Of a stretch of 64,000 nt of DNA, positions 1 to 8,182 are shown piece by piece. Under the pieces are notes generated by a model. That model made no database searches. It saw nothing but the letters and a program-made list of their open reading frames with translations, and was not told where the DNA came from. Each line of letters starts with the position of its first letter. Position 1 is the stretch's first letter. A program made the translations under genes and the position numbers. Origin of the DNA: an uncultured Acidobacteriota bacterium (GTDB lineage Bacteria > Acidobacteriota > Thermoanaerobaculia > Multivoradales > UBA5704); NCBI GenBank assembly GCA_963770895.1, contig CAVYRF010000002.1, positions 3,488,001 through 3,552,000 of the forward strand, read 5' to 3'.

Positions 1-1151
1 CCGGCGCCCGGCAGACCGGCAAGACAACCCTGGTGCAGCAACTGCCGAGCAAGCCGCAGCGAGCTTATCTCACCCTCGACGACCTGGATGTCCTGGAGCG
101 CGCGCGGCTCGAACCGGCGGCGCTCGTTGCCAACGCCGAGGGGCCGCTGACGCTCGACGAGGTCCAGCGATCCCCGGACCTGCTATTGGCGGTCAAGCGG
201 GCAATCGACCAGCGCCGCACGCCGGGCCGGTTCCTGCTCACTGGTTCTGCCAACCTGCTTCTGATGCGGCGAATCTCCGAATCGCTTGCGGGGCGGGCTG
301 CCTATCTCACGCTCTGGCCGCTCACTCGTCGTGAGCAGCTTGGCTTGGGGACCACCGGTGCTTGGTCGCGCTTGCTGGCGGCCGCTGATCGCGACTGGCC
401 TGCGGTGCTTTCCGCCGAGACTGCCCCGGAGGAGGACTGGCGCGCGCTGGCGCGACGCGGCGGCTATCCGACCCCCGCCCACGAGTTGGACGATGCCGAG
501 GCGCGGTCCGCCTGGTTCGCCGGCTATGTCAGAACCTACCTCGAACGCGATCTGCTGGAGATCTCGGCGGTGGCGTCGCTGGTGGATGTTCGGCGACTGA
601 TGCGGGCGATCTGCCTGCGGCTCGGGGGCCTGCTCAATCAGACGGAGGTGGCCCGCGATATCGGGATGTCCCAACCCACGGTGCATCGCCACCTCAACCT
701 GCTCGAGACCACCTACCAACTGGTCCGCCTGCCTGCCTTCACTGTCAACCGCACGAAGCGCCTGCTCAAGACCCCCCGAGTCTTCTGGTGCGATACGGGT
801 CTGGCGATGCACCTGGCAGGCGAAACGACACCGCAGGGCGCTCACCTCGAAAGCCTGGTGCTTCAGGATCTGCTGGCCTGGCGGGACTCATCACCGGTGG
901 AGGCCGAGATCCTGTACTGGCGCACCGTGGCGGGCGACGAAGTGGACTTTGTCATCGAGCAGGATGGGATGCTGCTTCCCATCGAGGTGAAGACCGGGCG
1001 CCGCCCTTCCCTTGCGGATGTGCGCTCGCTCAAGTTGTTCCGGCAGGAGTACGCGGACCGTGCACGCCCCGGCCTGCTGCTGCACACCGGAAGCGAGATT
1101 GCCTGGCTGGCCGACGGAGTGCTGGCAGCGCCATGGTGGCGGGTCTTCTAG
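1..1151 (+). CDS. AAA+ ATPase with C-terminal DUF4143/PD-(D/E)xK-like domain (5' end outside window)
   Basis: Frame 3 is open from the window start: Walker A GARQTGKTT (3-29), Walker B LTLDEVQ, LLTGSA, SLAGR, and C-terminal EVDFVIE..PIEVK. Confidence 0.9.
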   Translation, partial: GARQTGKTTLVQQLPSKPQRAYLTLDDLDVLERARLEPAALVANAEGPLTLDEVQRSPDLLLAVKRAIDQRRTPGRFLLTGSANLLLMRRISESLAGRAAYLTLWPLTRREQLGLGTTGAWSRLLAAADRDWPAVLSAETAPEEDWRALARRGGYPTPAHELDDAEARSAWFAGYVRTYLERDLLEISAVASLVDVRRLMRAICLRLGGLLNQTEVARDIGMSQPTVHRHLNLLETTYQLVRLPAFTVNRTKRLLKTPRVFWCDTGLAMHLAGETTPQGAHLESLVLQDLLAWRDSSPVEAEILYWRTVAGDEVDFVIEQDGMLLPIEVKTGRRPSLADVRSLKLFRQEYADRARPGLLLHTGSEIAWLADGVLAAPWWRVF

Positions 1152-1342
1152 CCCAGCGGCCCGTGACGAGAATGCGGAATCCGACGATGGCGGTACCCGT
1201 TTCGCCCGCAAGGCGACCATCCTGGTCGGAGCGCAGCGACGGTGAAGCTCGGATTGGGTCAAGCTGCGATGATGGCCTTTCAACGACTCGCCTGATCGCT
1301 CATCGGAAAGCCAAGGCCGCGATCTTCGGCAAACGACCACCG

Positions 1343-2593
1343 ATGAGGCAGAAACGAAGCAGCGAGAAGGAAGCGGCAGCCCTCGATCAGCTGATCGCCG
1401 AAATCATCGTCGACGCTTACGGCGACGACGAGCAGTTGTGGGCTTTCCGCGAAGCGTTCGAGCAGAACGTCGACCTGCCGTGCGACGGGTTCGTGATCGG
1501 TGAGCCGGTGTCCGTCACAGCGTTCGACTACGACGGCAACCCGCGGCGCGGCCTGATCGCCACTTGTCGTCGTGACGACGGATCGAACCACGTGATGGCG
1601 GCGGCCGATGTCGCCTTCCCCTCGCAGTCCATCGGCGGGCGGCACATTGCAGCCTACCGGAGGTGGCTCGGCCTCGAGGCACTGCCTCCTGAGGTCGAAC
1701 CCGAATCTGGCCGCAGGCGCGGGCACAAGTCCGCGGCGAGCCACCTCAACCCGACGGGGCCAGTCGAGCTCGTCGCTCTCTCGGTCAAGGAGAGGGCCGC
1801 GCGTTGCCGCCTTCTCGGAAGCGAGCGCGTCCTCACTCTGCGTGCAAGCCGGCTGTGGGAAGTCGTCCCAGGTGAGGTCCTGACCGTCCGTCCGCGCAGG
1901 CAATGGAGCTACGCCGGCCATCCGTATCTTTCGGGTGAAGTCGAGTCGTCGCGGCTCGACGTGGCGGCGCTGGGGCTCGTTCCGCTCAGGATGGAGAACC
2001 GTGGAATCTGGAACCCGGCGGACGAGTACTGGGGAGAGGCGGACGAGCCGGTCGAGGAGTGGGCCAAGTCGATCATTGCCGGTGGCCGCCGACCGGCGTT
2101 CGAAATGGAACAAATCCTGCCGTCGTCAGATCCAGATGATCCCGACTCCGACCCAATCTGCGTGTCCAACGACCTCAAGGAGGCCGGTGCAATCAGCGAA
2201 GCGCGAGCTCTGTTGATGAAGCTCTGCGAAGCAGATCTACGCTGCTTGGACGCGCACGCCCATCTCGGCAATCTTGTGTTCGACGACAGTCCCAAGCAGG
2301 CGATCCGGCACTACGAAGCCGGCGTTCGCATCGGGGAACTCTCGCTTGGCCCCACGTTCGACGGCCTACTGCCATGGGGCCTCATGGACAACCGTCCGTT
2401 CATCCGCTGCATGCATGGATTCGGCCTGTGCCTCTGGCGACTCGGTCGATTCGACGAGGCAGGGAGCGTCTTCGACCGGATGCTTTGGTCGAACCCTTCG
2501 GACAACCAAGGCGTGCGATTCCTGATCGACGAAGTGCGTCGTCATACGCGCTGGGAAGATCGTGCGTCGGAGCGGCAGCGGCCTTCCTTATAG
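1343..2593 (+). CDS. Hypothetical protein: N-terminal CcbP-like calcium-binding domain plus C-terminal TPR region
   Basis: IIVDAYGDDEQLW..VIGEPVSV motif, then DLRCLDAHAHLGNL and NRPFIRCMHGFGLCLWRLG..NPSDNQGVRFL. ATG 1343 chosen because the ORF-track start (788) overlaps the upstream gene. Confidence 0.7.
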   Translation: MRQKRSSEKEAAALDQLIAEIIVDAYGDDEQLWAFREAFEQNVDLPCDGFVIGEPVSVTAFDYDGNPRRGLIATCRRDDGSNHVMAAADVAFPSQSIGGRHIAAYRRWLGLEALPPEVEPESGRRRGHKSAASHLNPTGPVELVALSVKERAARCRLLGSERVLTLRASRLWEVVPGEVLTVRPRRQWSYAGHPYLSGEVESSRLDVAALGLVPLRMENRGIWNPADEYWGEADEPVEEWAKSIIAGGRRPAFEMEQILPSSDPDDPDSDPICVSNDLKEAGAISEARALLMKLCEADLRCLDAHAHLGNLVFDDSPKQAIRHYEAGVRIGELSLGPTFDGLLPWGLMDNRPFIRCMHGFGLCLWRLGRFDEAGSVFDRMLWSNPSDNQGVRFLIDEVRRHTRWEDRASERQRPSL

Positions 2594-2659
2594 GAGGGGC
2601 CGGCGTCGACTCTCTCACGGTCCGAGGCACTTCTCGCAGCTCGGGTGCGGGTAACGTGC

Positions 2660-2699
2660 CCTCAAAATGAGACGGCAAATTGCCAACAAACCCCCAGGG
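2660..2699. repeat. Copy A of a 40-bp imperfect direct repeat
   Basis: CCTCAAAATGAGACGGCAAATTGCCAACAAACCCCCAGGG; 35/40 identical to 4488-4527 by manual alignment. Confidence 0.85.
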
Positions 2700-2907
2700 G
2701 TTCATAGATAAGTTGCCATGTCATCCTTCGAGGACGAAAAGTAAGCCGGGGGTTATCCCGCGGACCCAAAAGACTCCGGGCGAGCACCTGCGGTGGATCT
2801 CCGTTGCGTCTCCCGCCCGAAAGCGACGATCTATTCCGACGAGACAAGCACCGATTCCATGGGAGAGACTCAACCCGAGTCGTTTCGCGGATCATGGAGC
2901 GATTCGA

Positions 2908-3317
2908 TCACAGGCGGAGCAGCAGCACGAAGTAGGTTATTCCGGCGGCTGCCGTGAGACCGATGACAACCTTCTCCTGCATGGGGAACCACACAAATTG
3001 GCGATTCTTTGTTCGGTTGTAAGCTGGTAATGACCAGCCAGGCCAAGCGCTTGACCAACAAAGAGAAGAACGCCGATACCAAAAGCTGCACGTGCCATTG
3101 GGGTCGTGGCGAGACCGAGGACAGGTAGCAGGACGACACCCGCCACAAACGTTAGCATTCCCACTATATTTACATAATCAGATGGAACGAGCCATGGGAT
3201 ACTGCCCTCGTCCCCTACTGCGGCTTCCCGTTCCAGCCGCCATTTGAAGAATGTTACCTGAAAACCGAGAATCAACCCTGTGGGCGTCCATAGGTCACGA
3301 AGAACTGGGTCTATCAT
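2908..3317 (-). pseudogene. Small integral membrane protein, frameshifted near 3021
   Basis: Hydrophobic ORF up to ..GHYQL. A shifted frame continues YNRTKNRQFVWFPMQEKVVIGLTAAAGITYFVLLLRL* with a clean TM helix and a stop at 2908-2910. Confidence 0.6.
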
Positions 3318-3350
3318 CCACTATCCTCAATTCTGCTGCTCTGTGAAAGA

Positions 3351-3773
3351 TCACGTTTCTCCTTCGGCAGCGCGCAAAGCGGCCAGGACTGCCCTGCATG
3401 CGTCGATCAGATCACCGAGCAGCGTTTCGTTGATGTCGAGGATTCCCTCGTATTCCGCGAGATTCCGTTTCTCGTGGGCCTTAGCCAGTACTCGCCACAC
3501 TGAGGGTGGGATGCCGAGGGTATGTGGGAGCGTTTGAAAAACGAGATAGCGGCTCTCAGAGCGATAGCCTAAACGGCGCAACGCAGCAAGTGCGAGGACG
3601 TGTGCAGCGTTATAAGCGAGATCAAAGCGGCTCTCGATCGAAAGCTCCGGCTTCGGGGCGTCAGCCAAGCGGGCCTCTCCCGACTGTCGAAGGCCCGCGA
3701 TCTCACCGGCCGAGGGCGCTTCGTGCTTGAGCTTGCCGGCCCGTACCAGATTCTCCAGCTCAGGTGAGGTCAT
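3351..3773 (-). CDS. HEPN-like protein (putative toxin partner of the MNT)
   Basis: RFDLAYNAAH..LAAL..GYR and HEKRNLAEYEG motifs; overlaps the 3' end of the nucleotidyltransferase gene. Confidence 0.75.
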   Translation of the reverse strand: MTSPELENLVRAGKLKHEAPSAGEIAGLRQSGEARLADAPKPELSIESRFDLAYNAAHVLALAALRRLGYRSESRYLVFQTLPHTLGIPPSVWRVLAKAHEKRNLAEYEGILDINETLLGDLIDACRAVLAALRAAEGET

Positions 3774-4362
3774 CGTCTGACCCGATCACGAAGAGCTTTC
3801 GCTGTGAAGCGATCCGGGCCGCAAACGAGTCGTCTTGCGCGACCTTGGCTCGCCAGTCGGCAAGGCTCACTATCGTCGGATTGACTGGACGAGCCAGGAG
3901 GGCTTCAGCCTGCTGCAATGCCTCGAACAGATCCGGGTAATGAAGCAAGTCGGAGATCACCATGAGGTCGATGTCGCTTCGGGCGTGGTCGTTTCCCTTG
4001 GCAACGGAGCCAAAGACGAATGCGGCGCGGATGCTTTCTGCCATCGCGCTCAGAGCATCCCGAAGTGGGTCAACGATGCCCACAGTCTTTGCGACTAGAC
4101 CTTGCAGCTCAGAGAATACCGGCGATCCTCGCCGGGCCTGGTAGTGCTTCTGATTCCCGACGCGAGTCACCTCGACCAACCCCGCCTCCTCCAAACGTGA
4201 GAGCTGACGGTGGACTGCGCCAACGCCGCCATTCACCAACCGGATTAACTCGGAGCTTTGGAAGCGGCGGTCGGGCTGTCCGAATAGGAATCTTAGAACA
4301 CGCTGCTGAATGGGCGTGAAGAGCGCATCGGCCAGGCCGCTCTCGGAGGTCTCTCTTCCCAT
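3760..4362 (-). CDS. HTH-minimal nucleotidyltransferase (MNT) fusion, putative antitoxin/regulator
   Basis: N-terminal wHTH (SSELIRLV..GVGAVHRQLSRLEEAGLV) and MNT motif FVFGSVAKG..SDIDLMVI; start at ATG 4362. Confidence 0.85.
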   Translation of the reverse strand: MGRETSESGLADALFTPIQQRVLRFLFGQPDRRFQSSELIRLVNGGVGAVHRQLSRLEEAGLVEVTRVGNQKHYQARRGSPVFSELQGLVAKTVGIVDPLRDALSAMAESIRAAFVFGSVAKGNDHARSDIDLMVISDLLHYPDLFEALQQAEALLARPVNPTIVSLADWRAKVAQDDSFAARIASQRKLFVIGSDDDLT

Positions 4363-4487
4363 TTCGGGTAGGATTATACCCAATCGGAAGCTGGTGGGCG
4401 ATGGCTGAGTGCGCCCAAGGCGCCCCTTCAGGAGGCGGTTACCGAGGGTCCGGGGGTGCCGCTGGGCTCCTGGACGGGGAAGGGCGT

Positions 4488-4527
4488 CCTCAGAATGAGA
4501 CGGCAAAAGGGCAACACACCCCCAGGG
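4488..4527. repeat. Copy B of the 40-bp imperfect direct repeat
   Basis: CCTCAGAATGAGACGGCAAAAGGGCAACACACCCCCAGGG; same orientation as copy A. Confidence 0.85.
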
Positions 4528-4897
4528 CTGCGTGCACCTTTTGTGATCCGCTGCGGGGCCGGCTTCCACGCCCTATTTGCCACTCCATCTCTCCGCACCC
4601 ATTTGCCGACCACCTGAAGAGCGTCCGGCCTCCGTCCAGGAAGCTCGCGGAGGCGGGCCAGAACTCGTGATACTCCGTCGCCGTCGCTCGGCGCAGAAGC
4701 TCGACCGCAACCATCGGAGAGACCGGGCTCGGATAGCGAGACTGGCTGAGCACGCGGATGAAGCCGTTCTGCGTCACGGCACACGAGGCCCAGCCCAGGC
4801 GGATCTCGGTCGAGATCCACTCGCGGGCGTGGCGGTGATCGACGTGATCGCGATCGAGCAAGGCGACCAGCGCGTTGACATCGAGCAGAGCGCGCAC
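4490..4897 (-). pseudogene. vapC: VapC PIN-domain toxin, C-terminally truncated
   Basis: MRALLDVNALVALLD..H..H..W..C.VTQNGFIRVLS..HEFWP is typical of VapC. Similarity stops near 4630 and the expected distal acidic motifs (TDxYLxALA, TFD) are missing. Confidence 0.75.
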
Positions 4898-5030
4898 TAC
4901 CCGAGATCCTCCTCGCGGAGACGGTCGACCATCTCGTTCGAGATGACGGTGCCTCGGGGAGGGAGAGGTTGGAAGCCGTAGAAGGCTTCAGATTCAGCGA
5001 AGTCGCCGGCTTGGCCCTGCGGGTGACACC
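4897..5030 (-). pseudogene. vapB: VapB antitoxin C-terminal fragment
   Basis: Frame reads ..AESEAFYGFQPLPPRGTVISNEMVDRLREEDLG*. Its TAG overlaps the vapC GTG. An in-frame stop lies just upstream and the RHH N-terminus is missing. Confidence 0.65.
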
Positions 5031-5055
5031 TGAGCCCCGCTGCTCAACTGTTCGG

Positions 5056-8034
5056 TCAGGATTTCGCCACATTCTTGGAAGCGTCTGCCGGGGGGCGCTC
5101 CGGGCCGGCGGCTGCCAGGCTTTCGGCTTTGCGGGCGATGAGCAGGTGGCCGGCGGCGCGGGCGTCGCGGGCCAGGGCTTGCAGGTAGGCTTTGGCGGGC
5201 TGGGGATGGCGGCGGAAGTCGATTTCCCCCTGGACCAGGCGGGCTTCCAGGACCAGGGCCAGGGCGCGGGTTTTTTCGGCTTTGGCCTGGGCGGCCTGGG
5301 CGAGGGCTTGGGCTTGGTCCAGGCGGCCGGCGGCGGCGGCGGCGCGGGCCTGGGCCAGCATGACGAAGAGGTTGGGGAGGGTCTGGTGGTTGGCGCGGAG
5401 GGCGTCGGCGGCTCGCGCGCAGTCGGCGGCGGCGGCGGCGTCCTGGTGGAGCTTGATCTCGGCCAGGGCGGCGAGGGCCAGGGCGAGGGCGCTGTTGCCG
5501 GACTCGTGGGTGAGCGCGAAGGCCTGGGCGGCCTGGCGAGCCATGGTCAGGGCTTCGGCGGGACGGCCCTGCTCGATGCGCAGCTGCGCCAGGTCGAGGC
5601 GGGACTGCGCCACGGTGTCCTGGTCGCCGAGGAGCTGGCGGCTGGCGAGGGAGGAGCTGAGGAAGCGGTCGGCTTCGCCCAGGCGGTCCTGGGCCATGAA
5701 GACCATGCCCAGGTCGTCGTCGTGCCGTGAGGTGCCGCTCGGGTCGTGCAGGGCCTGGCTGAGAGCGAGCGCCTCCTGGTAGCCGCGCAGGGCCTGGTCG
5801 AGCTTGCCGGCGGCAAACTGCGTGTCGGCGATCGAGCCGATGCAGAAGGCGGCGTACTCGCGGTCGCCGATCTGGCGGCTGATCGCCAGCGCTTCCTGCT
5901 GCATGGCCAGAGCCTTGTCGATGTCGCCTTGGTCGGCGAGGGCGTTACCGGTGGCGGAGAGCCCCCAGACGATGCCGCGGCGGTCGTTGATCTCGCGGCT
6001 CAGGGCGAGCGCCTGGCCGGCGCTGTGCAGGCACTCTTCGACGTTGCCTTGCATCCAGTCGGTGTTGGCGATGTCGCTCCAGGCGTGGGCGGCGCCCTTG
6101 CGGTTGCCGGTGCTCTGGAAGGTGGCGAGCGCCTGGCGGTAATCGGCGATGGCGCCGTCGTAGTCGCCGCGGCTCCCCTTGGCGTTGGCGATGCCGACGA
6201 GGGCTTCGGCTTCGCGGTTGGTGTCGCCCAGGCCGTGGAAGATGCGCACGGCTTCCCCCCAGGCGGCGTCGGCGTCGGCGACCTGGCCGAGATTGCCCGC
6301 CGCCGAGGCGGCGGCCAGCAGCGCCTCGCCCAGCAGCAGCGGCAGCCCGCGCGCCCGCCCCACCAGGATGGCGCGCTGGGCGGCGCCCAGCTCGTCGCGC
6401 CAATCGGAGAGCGCGGCGCTGGCGGCGGCTTCCGCCAAGTCGATGCGCGGGTCGCGGCTGGCCGCGGGCGACCGCTGGCGCAGGGAGGCGATGACGGTGA
6501 GCGCTTCCTCGGCCCGGCCGCCCGCGACCTCGGTGCGGACCAGGTTGAGGCCGTATTCCAGGTTGTCGGGAAAGAAGGCGAGGAGGGCGCGGTCGGTGTT
6601 GGCGGCAGCGGCCCAATCCTTTTGCGCTTCGGCCAGCGCCGCGGCGATCTCCAGTTGCTGCTCGCGCGTCAGCTGGTGCGACAGCGCCAGGGCCTGCCTG
6701 GCCTCGTCCACCGCCAGCTGGTCGTAGCCCAGGGTGGCGAGCGCCTGGCTCAAGGCGGCGTGGGCGAGCGGGAAGCCCGGCTCGATGGCGGCCGCCTGGG
6801 CCAGCCGGGCGCGGGCGCCCAGGGCGTCGTACTGGCGGAGCTTTTCCAGCCCCTCGGCGTAGAGGCGTGTGGCCCCTTCGCTGGCGGGCAGCGCGGCGGC
6901 GGCGGCGGCGATGCTCTGCACGGCGGCGCCTTCCAGTCCCAGCCTGGCGCGCAGCAGGTGGGCGGTTTCGTCGACCAGCAGGAAGAGGCGGTGGCTGGCG
7001 CCGGTGCGCGACACGGTGCAGAGCGTCTCTCCCGACGCGGCGCTCTGCAGCACGACGTCGAGCCGCATCTGCTCGCCGTCGGGCCCCGGCGTGGTGGCGT
7101 AGAACCCCTTGACCACGAAATCCGTCGCCAGCTGCCAGCGCGCCGCGGCCAGGGCGTCCCGCGCCAGGGCCCCCGGCTCCGGCGGCAGGGTGCGGGCGAA
7201 CCGCGCCGCTTCGGCGCCCGGCACCAGCCTGAGCTTTTCGCCGGCGGCGAGGTCGGCGCTCATCATCTCGGCCAGTGCCGTGGCCATCCACTCCGACTCG
7301 CTGTGGTGGGTGAGGTTTTCGAAGCCCAGCACCGCGACGGCGGGCCGCGACGGCAGAGGCGCCGCCGCCAGCGGCGGGGCCGCCCCGGCGCGGGCCGCCC
7401 GACCCTGGCCGTGGCCGTGGGCGCCGCCGACGGCCCACCAGACGGCGGCCGCCACGGCCAGGCAGCCGGCAGCGGCGGCCGCCGCTCTGGCACGCCATGG
7501 GCGCCGGGGACGCTGCGGCGCCGCGTCCCCGCGCCGCGGCGCCGGTTCCGCCGGTTCAGCCACTGCCGGTCCGGCTGGCTCCGCCGCCAGTTCAGCCGCC
7601 ACCGATCCAGCCGCTGCCGGTCCAGCCGCCACCGATCCCGCTGCCTCCACCGCCGGTGCAGCCGCTGCCGGGTCGGCCGGCGCCACCACCTCTGCCTGGC
7701 TGAGGTCGGTGCGCTGGACCGGCGCGACGAAGCGGTAGCCGATGCGCGTGACCGTTTCGACGAAGGTGGTGTCGGCGTCCACCTTTGCCAGGGCGCGGCG
7801 GATGAGCCACACGTTCTTGGCGAGGTTGCTCTCCTCGACGACCGTGTCCGGCCAGACCCTGGCGAACAGCTCCTCCTTGGTGACCAGGTGTCCGGCGCGT
7901 TCGACCAGGCAGAGCAGCACGTCGAAGGACCGCGGCTTGAGCGCGATCGCGGTGCCGCCGGCCAGCAGCCGGCGCTCGCGCGCTTCCAGCAGGAAGCTGC
8001 CGAAGCGGTAGCTTTCGGGATGCACCTCGGTCAC
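5056..8034 (-). CDS. CadC/ToxR-like winged-helix regulator with TM helix and TPR repeats
   Basis: YRFGSFLL..LKPRSFDVLLCLVERAGHLVTKEEL..VEESNL..ETVTRIGYRF, a TM segment, a TolB-like AVAVLGFENL motif, then many TPRs; start near GTG 8034. Confidence 0.85.
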   Translation of the reverse strand: MTEVHPESYRFGSFLLEARERRLLAGGTAIALKPRSFDVLLCLVERAGHLVTKEELFARVWPDTVVEESNLAKNVWLIRRALAKVDADTTFVETVTRIGYRFVAPVQRTDLSQAEVVAPADPAAAAPAVEAAGSVAAGPAAAGSVAAELAAEPAGPAVAEPAEPAPRRGDAAPQRPRRPWRARAAAAAAGCLAVAAAVWWAVGGAHGHGQGRAARAGAAPPLAAAPLPSRPAVAVLGFENLTHHSESEWMATALAEMMSADLAAGEKLRLVPGAEAARFARTLPPEPGALARDALAAARWQLATDFVVKGFYATTPGPDGEQMRLDVVLQSAASGETLCTVSRTGASHRLFLLVDETAHLLRARLGLEGAAVQSIAAAAAALPASEGATRLYAEGLEKLRQYDALGARARLAQAAAIEPGFPLAHAALSQALATLGYDQLAVDEARQALALSHQLTREQQLEIAAALAEAQKDWAAAANTDRALLAFFPDNLEYGLNLVRTEVAGGRAEEALTVIASLRQRSPAASRDPRIDLAEAAASAALSDWRDELGAAQRAILVGRARGLPLLLGEALLAAASAAGNLGQVADADAAWGEAVRIFHGLGDTNREAEALVGIANAKGSRGDYDGAIADYRQALATFQSTGNRKGAAHAWSDIANTDWMQGNVEECLHSAGQALALSREINDRRGIVWGLSATGNALADQGDIDKALAMQQEALAISRQIGDREYAAFCIGSIADTQFAAGKLDQALRGYQEALALSQALHDPSGTSRHDDDLGMVFMAQDRLGEADRFLSSSLASRQLLGDQDTVAQSRLDLAQLRIEQGRPAEALTMARQAAQAFALTHESGNSALALALAALAEIKLHQDAAAAADCARAADALRANHQTLPNLFVMLAQARAAAAAGRLDQAQALAQAAQAKAEKTRALALVLEARLVQGEIDFRRHPQPAKAYLQALARDARAAGHLLIARKAESLAAAGPERPPADASKNVAKS

Positions 8035-8182
8035 ATGCGGCGCCTCGGGGGCTGGTGAAAGTAAGAGGAAGCGGCGAAGAACGTTCGCCCAGGACAAGTC
8101 TAGCCTTCGCGTTCGATGCTCTGCAAGGCGAGCGAGATCTGCCCGCCATTTGGGCGAGGCGGTCACGCCTCAGGAGGAGAAC

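Noticed and set aside
788-1342. N-terminal extension of the 601-aa ORF
   Set aside because: It overlaps the AAA ATPase in another frame and has no protein-like features; the recognisable domain starts at ATG 1343.
5746-8058. Long antisense/alternate-frame ORFs (also 12368-14704, 14319-16622, 31237-34032, 50051-52858, 54432-57041, 57983-60010)
   Set aside because: Shadow ORFs expected from stop-poor high-GC DNA opposite or overlapping well-supported genes; no motifs.
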